A stretch of DNA of 57,114 bases, counting the filler, from Squatina squatina (lineage: Eukaryota), in the NCBI GenBank assembly GCA_031763465.1. It is 4 parts of 3 records of this genome, joined end to end, with 100 filler letters (N's around TTAATTAATTAA, not from the genome) between each part and the next. Parts side by side here need not be neighbours in the genome. Positions count along the whole stretch, not along the records: positions 41,828 to 57,114 come from JARFOE010000192.1; 3 more parts are not named here. The stretch is one strand, 5' to 3'. A program made the position numbers and the translations under genes. The notes beneath the pieces were generated by a model. It had not been told where the DNA came from, ran no database searches, and saw nothing but the letters and a program-made list of their open reading frames with translations. Numbering within the stretch: the stretch's first letter is position 1; every line of letters begins with the position of its first letter. Shown here piece by piece: positions 51,823 through 57,114 of this stretch.

Positions 51823-52769
51823 CTGAAATATTATACATGAAGTCAATCAGTGGTGAAATCATATTTTGTNNNNNNNNNNNNNNNNNNNNNNNNNNNNNNN
51901 NNNNNNNNNNNNNNNNNNNNNNNNNNNNNNNNNNNNNNNNNNNNNNNNNNNNNNNNNNNNNNNNNNNNNAACAAAGCACATATGAAAGTGTTGTTCTGCA
52001 GTTATTGTATCAAAGAACAATTGTGGAAAGAGATGGCAAATGTACCGCCTGGTGTGGTAGCAAACCATAAATGTTTTAGGTTTGGATTCCAGATCTGTGC
52101 TGAGTTGGCTAATCTTAAGTGAGGTGAGTGGTTGGAGCACTAGACATCATGCATGGGTTAGAAAAGAAAAAACTGGTCAAAGCTGGAGCATATTCTCTCA
52201 CTCGTCAAAATTCTGTAGCTGTAGTTTCCTTTCATCTTCTGGCTTTTTCAAGTGCCAGTTGAAATATATTTGGAATCTGTTGACCACCAGGTGACAGACA
52301 CAACAGATGACCAAATAACATTCAAACACATGCAGTGCTGACATCAAAATTACATCTTGGAACAAAAATGGATTTACGCTGCTTGCTATTATTGCAGGAT
52401 GCAGGAAATCAATGTCAGCAACAGCTTCACAGATTCCAATTAAGTTGAAAAGGTTTTTACTGTCATAAACATTTAATAATTTTGTGGATGCTGAAATTGC
52501 AAGCAATCACAGGCTTCTAGGAAAAAGAATGACATTTGTGAAAGATAAGCATCAAATAATGGGACTGCTGGCCCACAGGCTGTGATATTTGAGCTATTTT
52601 TATCAAAATAAAGATCACCACTCTTGAACAGTTATTGCTTTCCCTACCTGAAACAAATGCATGTCTTTGGTACAATACAGTATTATTATCAGCACAGTTT
52701 GAGTTTGCTTTAACCATGTGTGACTCACAAGGAAATTACCAGTAAATAACCCTTAAGCTCAGGAGAAAA

Positions 52770-53043
52770 GAGAGGCCTGGATTTTTTTCCAATATCTGAA
52801 ATCGAGCAGAATAGCGGCAGAAAAAACAGGGAAATCAGGGTGAGGCCAACTGCCACATCACCATCCTGACCTAGGTCAAAATTTTTACCATGTAGCAGGC
52901 CAGGAGCACGGTGTTGTGCTCAGCGCGTTCTTCAGGGCTACTTTAACTTAATGGCCCCACTTAAAGCAGTCATGCGCGTTTCCTGGCCCAATTAAATGGA
53001 GCAGGTCTGATGACATCATTGATGACTCGTTTCTGGTGATATT
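52770..53043. mobile_element. MITE-like element fragment
   Basis: Starts ggcctggattttt and shares its core with 21815-22307. Confidence 0.4.
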
Positions 53044-53271
53044 NNNNNNNNNNNNNNNNNNNNNNNNNNNNNNNNNNNNNNNNNNNNNNNNNNNNNNNNN
53101 NNNNNNNNNNNNNNNNNNNNNNNNNNNNNNNNNNNNNNNNNNNTATTTCGTTTAAAGTTAATTGATTTTTTTTAATTCCAGAAATTTTAGTTAAAAAATC
53201 TGTAATAATGCTACTCAGCGGCAAATTAAAACTATTTTAAACTCTGTTTTCTTCTGCAAAGGTTTGGTAAA

Positions 53272-55424
53272 ATGCAGCCTTTTGATGCAGTACACCTCAG
53301 TGAATGGCAGAAGCATTATTTCAATATAATCTCCAGTGACTGCACACCTGGACAGAAGGCAGGCGCTCATCGCGGACAGATTCTGCAGTTGCAGTACGCG
53401 TGGGCAAACTCTGACATCTCTCGGGACTGCACCACCAGCTCGTTTAGGAGCTGCACTGAAAAATATTCAGCCATTGTTGACTCTGACAGTGCAGGGACTG
53501 GGTTGAATAATTATGCCGACAGTGTTCTGAGTTTGTCAAGATGTCAAAAAAATGAAAGCAATAGGTGGCAGTCGTCGTTGACCGCAGACAGTATTTTCAA
53601 ATTAAAAAGTGTGCAGGAGATGTTTAAGTCTGGCAAAAAAGCCAGGGACTTGCTGGTTTCGGCAGCTGATGTTTCAGCAGTAGTCGGGAAAGCCAATCAC
53701 ATGGCAAATTCAGATTATCATAAAGTAGAAACTGCACCTGCCAATAATACAGATGGCTCCGTTCCTAAAACTAAAAAAATGATTTTGTCCACTGATGTAC
53801 CTTCAAGAAATATTAGTGAAAACTATTCTTCAGACAAGTCATCCACAGTTACTGCCTTTACATGTATGGAAATGGTGCAAGATCCGTTAGTTACTAAGCC
53901 AGGGACTGATGAGACCAATGCCATGGGATCTTCAGGTATATTCTCATTGGCACCTTCTAAAAGCATCCATGGTGGCCCTTTGTTTGGATTGAACGAAGTG
54001 ACAAGTTGTACTGTACCACAGACAAGTCAAGTAGGAATTGTATCTGGACAATGTGTGCNNNNNNNNNNNNNNNNNNNNNNNNNNNNNNNNNNNNNNNNNN
54101 NNNNNNNNNNNNNNNNNNNNNNNNNNNNNNNNNNNNNNNNNNNNNNNNNNNNNNNNNNNNNNNNNNNNNNNNNNNNNNNNNNNNNNNNNNNNNNNNNNNN
54201 NNNNNNNNNNNNNNNNNNNNNNNNNNNNNNNNNNNNNNNNNNNNNNNNNNNNNNNNNNNNNNNNNNNNNNNNNNNNNNNNNNNNNNNNNNNNNNNNNNNN
54301 NNNNNNNNNNNNNNNNNNNNNNNNNNNNNNNNNNNNNNNNNNNNNNNNNNNNNNNNNNNNNNNNNNNNNNNNNNNNNNNNNNNNNNNNNNNNNNNNNNNN
54401 NNNNNNNNNNNNNNNNNNNNNNNNCAGAAGTATTGCCTGCTTCAGGGGTGCAATCTGAACTGTTATATCCCTACCTAGCTGAGGTGGAACTGCTGGCCTG
54501 TAGGATAAATGATTGCAAGTCAGATGAGTGTTTGAAGAACCTTGAGCCAAAGATGATTCAACTCATTATGAGTGAGATTATGGACCATGGTCCCCCAGTA
54601 AACTGGGATGATATAGCTGGGCTGGAGTTTGCTAAAGCAACAATTAAGGAGATAGTAGTTTGGCCAATGCTTAGACCAGATATCTTTACTGGACTCCGTG
54701 GTCCACCCAAAGGAATTCTTTTATTTGGCCCTCCTGGAACAGGTAAAACTCTAATTGGTAAGTGCATTGCGTGCCAATCAGGAGCTACTTTCTTCAGCAT
54801 CAGTGCTTCATCACTAACTTCCANNNNNNNNNNGAAAAAATGGTACGTGCAATGTTTGCTGTAGCACGCTGCCATCAGCCTGCGGTCATCTTCATTGATG
54901 AGATTGACTCTCTCTTGTCTCAACGAGTTGATGGGGAACATGATTCTTCTCGAAGAATAAAAACAGAGTTTTTAGTGCAGTTAGATGGTGCTGCTACTTC
55001 AGCAGATGATCGTATTCTTGTGGTGGGAGCCACAAACCGACCCCAAGAAATAGATGAAGCAGCTCGTAGACGCCTAGTCAAAAGACTGTATGTCCCTTTG
55101 CCGGAAGGATCAGCAAGAAGGCATATAGTGGTGAAGTTAATGTCTCGTGAAAACTGTTCCTTGAGTCAAGAGGAATTGGAGCTAATCATTGAACAATCTG
55201 AAGGATTTTCAGGGGCTGACATGACCCAACTTTGTCGTGAGGCAGCCTTGGGGCCAATCCGTAGCATTCAGATAGCGGACATCTCCACTATTACACCTGA
55301 CCAAGTACGGCCTATTGCATTTATAGACTTTAAAAACGCTTTTGTAAATGTGAGGCCAAGTGTATCTTCAAAAGACCTCGAACTATATGAGGAATGGAAT
55401 AAAACATTTGGTTGTGGCCGATGA
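53272..55424 (+). CDS. FIGNL1: Fidgetin-like protein 1 (AAA+ ATPase), two internal gaps
   Basis: Acceptor ctgcaaag 10 nt before the ATG. N-terminus [11 protein letters not shown]...QYAWANS...[10 protein letters not shown]; [30 protein letters not shown]; Walker A GPPGTGKT; Walker B IFIDEID; [20 protein letters not shown]; C-terminus WNKTFGCGR*. The frame change coincides with the 10-N gap at 54824-54833. Confidence 0.95.
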
Positions 55425-56864
55425 CTGTGGCAAAACTGCGTAGGAACATACAGGATTGGCTTCTTTCAAAATCATTTTATAGAAATACTTCTGTGTTCTT
55501 TGATGTTTGTTCCATCAAATATATGCAGTAAAGTAGACTTTTACAAAAAGGATGTTTTCTGTAAAATAATTATATTCAAATCAGTTTAAATTGCTTTGAT
55601 CCACAATGACAGCACGTTGTGATAATTCAGGCTGAAAAAGCCCTTATTACCCCTGAGAAACAATGTCTTGCATAAAAAGCAGCTACCTTTTATTTCATTT
55701 TGAACTGTTAAAAAATTCACCAATTAGGAGTATAGTCACAGTATTGATGTGTCGGTACAGATGTAACTGCTCAACTGCAGTGTTCTGCTACCAAATGTTT
55801 TGTCCTTGTTTTTGACCTAACATTCCATAGAAATTCCACAAATGACCACAATATATTTAAATTCAACCTGGTCACCCAAGCAAAAATTAATGACAATTTA
55901 ATGGTAGTNNNNNNNNNNNNNNNNNNNNNNNNNNNNNNNNNNNNNNNNNNNNNNNNNNNNNNNNNNNNNNNNNNNNNNNNNNNNNNNNNNNNNNNNNNNN
56001 NNNNNNNNGAAAGGGACAATTTGTGTACTAGATTATCCCCTTATGCAAATGTTCTTTCTGACTGGGTTGTTTCCAGTTATGCACTGAGAGAAGCAGTGGT
56101 GCATCTGCTTCCCGTTTTCTCAAGTGAAAAGTCTGACCATCTGCTTGGCCTCATCCCGACTGGCCTATTTAGTACAGATCAACTTCCTCATGCTGCCACC
56201 TTAGATTCCACTGCCTGTTGTAACCAATATTTTAAAAAACTTTTTTGCTCACAAACCAGAACCTTCTATTCAGCCCCAAGGGACAGGAAGGTGCTGCTAT
56301 GTGTGACTTTCAGTTAGTGACAGCAGTACTGTGGAACTGAATCATACTTGTCATGTGTGGTGTTGGTCGATAAAGCTGGGAAATGTTCCCTTTTTTTACA
56401 TTGCCGTAGAATGCGCTTTCAAATACTACTTTTCTGTCTCTGGATTTGGATTATGTAAAGTGGATTAAAAGAACAGTAAAGTTTCTTAGGACTAACCAAC
56501 ACAGGAGCAAATTTTATACCTACTCCTTTCTATATAGGAGCCAGATGAACTGTTGTACTATATCTGTAAGTCCTTCACACATGGTTTAGCTGTGAAGTCA
56601 GATGAATGCATATTTTGAAAAGCTTGTCCTATACTTTTTGTTGAGAGCAGTAATACATATTTTACACTCTCACTGCACTAGAGTTCTAACCTCAATCGTA
56701 CTTGCTTGGCAAGTGTTGATGGAGTCTAAAATCTACAACTTTTCCAGTTCAAAATGGGCCATTTCAAGTTGGGAAAATTAACTTTAGGTCTAAGAAAAAC
56801 TTTGTAGTGATGTTTACCATCCATCTGTTTTTTTGGCCAGATAGTCCATTTTTTGAGGAAAGGT

Positions 56865-56948
56865 CATTGACCTGAAAAGTTAACTCTTTTTCTCTCTCTA
56901 CAGGTGCTGCCTGACCTGCTGAATGTTACTAGTATTTTCTGGTTTTAG
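56865..56948 (-). mobile_element. Penelope-like terminal fragment
   Basis: gacctgaaaagttaactctttttctctctctacaggtgctgcctgacctgctgaatg is the reverse complement of the motif at 45618-45690. Confidence 0.55.
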
Positions 56949-57114
56949 TCCATGTCATGTAAACCAAACAGCAGAAATCCAGCTATTTTGGGGTCTTATC
57001 TTGCATTTGTATGTTTTTGGCAGATTTTTCTACCTGGTATTGCAGAATTTACAAACTGAAATATCAGAATATCAAAAATTAATAAATTCCAACAAGTTCT
57101 TTTAAACCAACAGG

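Noticed and set aside
54824-54833. Apparent frameshift or pseudogenisation of FIGNL1 (split into two ORFs)
   Set aside because: The shift falls exactly on a 10-N placeholder. The conserved S-KWVGEG-EK motif needs 17 nt there, which restores the frame.

Overview
This is vertebrate genomic DNA, most likely a cartilaginous fish (shark), judged from its repeat families and slowly evolving exons. The window is not one locus. Three identical 100-nt spacers (44 N + TTAATTAATTAA + 44 N) at 12918-13017, 29165-29264 and 41728-41827 join four heavily gapped scaffolds. Scaffold A (1-12917) has eight + strand exons of an LRP1/LRP1B-family receptor (LDL-A, EGF and YWTD modules plus the furin-site exon). 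It is probably LRP1B but keeps several LRP1-like states, and its introns hold a Harbinger transposase fossil and SINEs. Scaffold B (13018-29164) has a - strand class IV POU (Brn3) gene: promoter, exon 1 and the start of exon 2 are visible, and the POU domain lies in a gap. It best fits the fourth paralogue (pou4f4/Brn3d), has a short uORF overlapping its start codons, and is followed by a CpG-rich, enhancer-like region. Scaffold C (29265-41727) has no recognisable exon, only CR1/RTE LINEs, an LF-SINE-like relic and CNE-like blocks. Scaffold D (41828-57114) has the last two GRB10 exons (+), one DDC exon (-, opposite to the expected orientation) and FIGNL1 (+). I found no convincing wholly new biological system; the best leads are paralogue identity, a translational-control motif and a possible inversion. 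All comparisons to known proteins and repeats are from memory, not database searches.
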